64,000 nucleotides of DNA from Clostridiales bacterium (GTDB lineage Bacteria; Bacillota; Clostridia; Oscillospirales; CAG-272): assembly GCA_012840355.1 (NCBI GenBank), contig DULN01000006.1:5514-69513 (forward strand), in the 5' to 3' direction. A program made the position numbers and the translations under genes. Under the pieces are notes generated by a model, which worked only from the letters and a program-made list of their open reading frames with translations, did no database searches and was not told the DNA's origin. Of the stretch, positions 63,459-64,000 are shown piece by piece (position 1 is the first letter of the stretch; the number at the start of each line of letters is the position of its first letter).

Positions 63459-64000
63459 TCAATATTTATCAAATTCTTTATCGCTCAGAATGATTTCAGG
63501 GGTATCATTGTCGTCTTCCTCATCGTGCTTATCAATTCCGTTACGCTGCTCAGCCGGCTTTATATCCGGCAGCTTTTCGACTTTCGGAGGTACAACAGCT
63601 TTTTTCGTTTCGGCGTCGGATTGTCTTAATTTGAACCTTGCAATCTGATCTTTGAGATTCTGAGCCTGGCTTGAAAGCTCCTCGCTTGCAGACGCGCTTT
63701 CTTCGGCGGTGGCTGAGTTCTTCTCCACGACTTCGGATACCAGCGAGATGCCTTCGTTTATCTGCGAGATGCCGGCTGCCTGTTCTTTTGAAGCGACTGC
63801 GATATTTTCGACCAATGATGCGACCTTCGTTACGTCTTCAACAATCTTGTCAAGCGCATCGGAAGTCTTCTTGGCGATTTCGGTGCCGCGCTCGATGTTG
63901 GAGATTGACGTTTCGATTAGCTCGGTAGTTTCTTTAGCGGCGTTGGCGCTTCTGGACGCAAGGTTTCTTACTTCGTCGGCGACTACCGCAAAGCCTCTGC
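63459..64000 (-). CDS. methyl-accepting chemotaxis protein, 3' part (gene starts beyond the right edge)
   Basis: Minus-strand frame is open to the window edge: ...GFAVVADEVRNLASRSANAAKETTELIE...VASKEQAAGISQINEGI...EESASASEELSSQAQNL (MCP signalling hairpin), then a ~50-aa charged linker ending ...SDKEFDKY*. Confidence 0.85.
   Translation of the reverse strand, partial: RGFAVVADEVRNLASRSANAAKETTELIETSISNIERGTEIAKKTSDALDKIVEDVTKVASLVENIAVASKEQAAGISQINEGISLVSEVVEKNSATAEESASASEELSSQAQNLKDQIARFKLRQSDAETKKAVVPPKVEKLPDIKPAEQRNGIDKHDEEDDNDTPEIILSDKEFDKY

Overview
This is a 64-kb chromosomal segment that looks like a Gram-positive-type anaerobe, probably Clostridia-like. The evidence is GGAGG-type Shine-Dalgarno sites, lipobox lipoproteins, an SLH-domain wall protein, hairpin plus T-run terminators, and AT-rich spacers between moderately GC-rich genes. 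Most of the window is glycan uptake and processing. There are eight paralogous ~490-516-aa lipoprotein solute-binding proteins (SBPs), six intact and two disrupted. They are interleaved with enzymes that lack signal peptides: GH127-like, GH116, heparinase II/III-like, GH42-like, GH36 and a beta-helix protein. The window also holds one complete Opp/Dpp-type peptide ABC operon, a GT4 glycosyltransferase, an AraC-linked redox/URO-D-like cluster, a solitary type III-like DNA methyltransferase, a CofE-like ligase, and a chemoreceptor at the right edge. I recognised no rRNA, tRNA, CRISPR array, transposase or integrase. Four things stand out. (1) The SBP paralogues have no cognate permease or ATPase genes anywhere in the window. 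(2) A surface beta-helix gene ends in a tandem 7-Cys repeat tail with about 51 Cys that I cannot assign to a known domain. (3) A cytoplasmic AraC / FAD-oxidoreductase / amine-dehydrogenase-like / 2x URO-D-like / Gfo-Idh-MocA cluster has no assignable pathway. (4) Gene decay is unusually dense. About 9 of ~48 loci carry a 13-bp tandem duplication, 1-nt frameshifts, an in-frame TAA, an internal ~130-codon deletion, or head-to-head or 3' truncations, and no IS elements are present. All family assignments come from motif recognition by eye. No database search was run.
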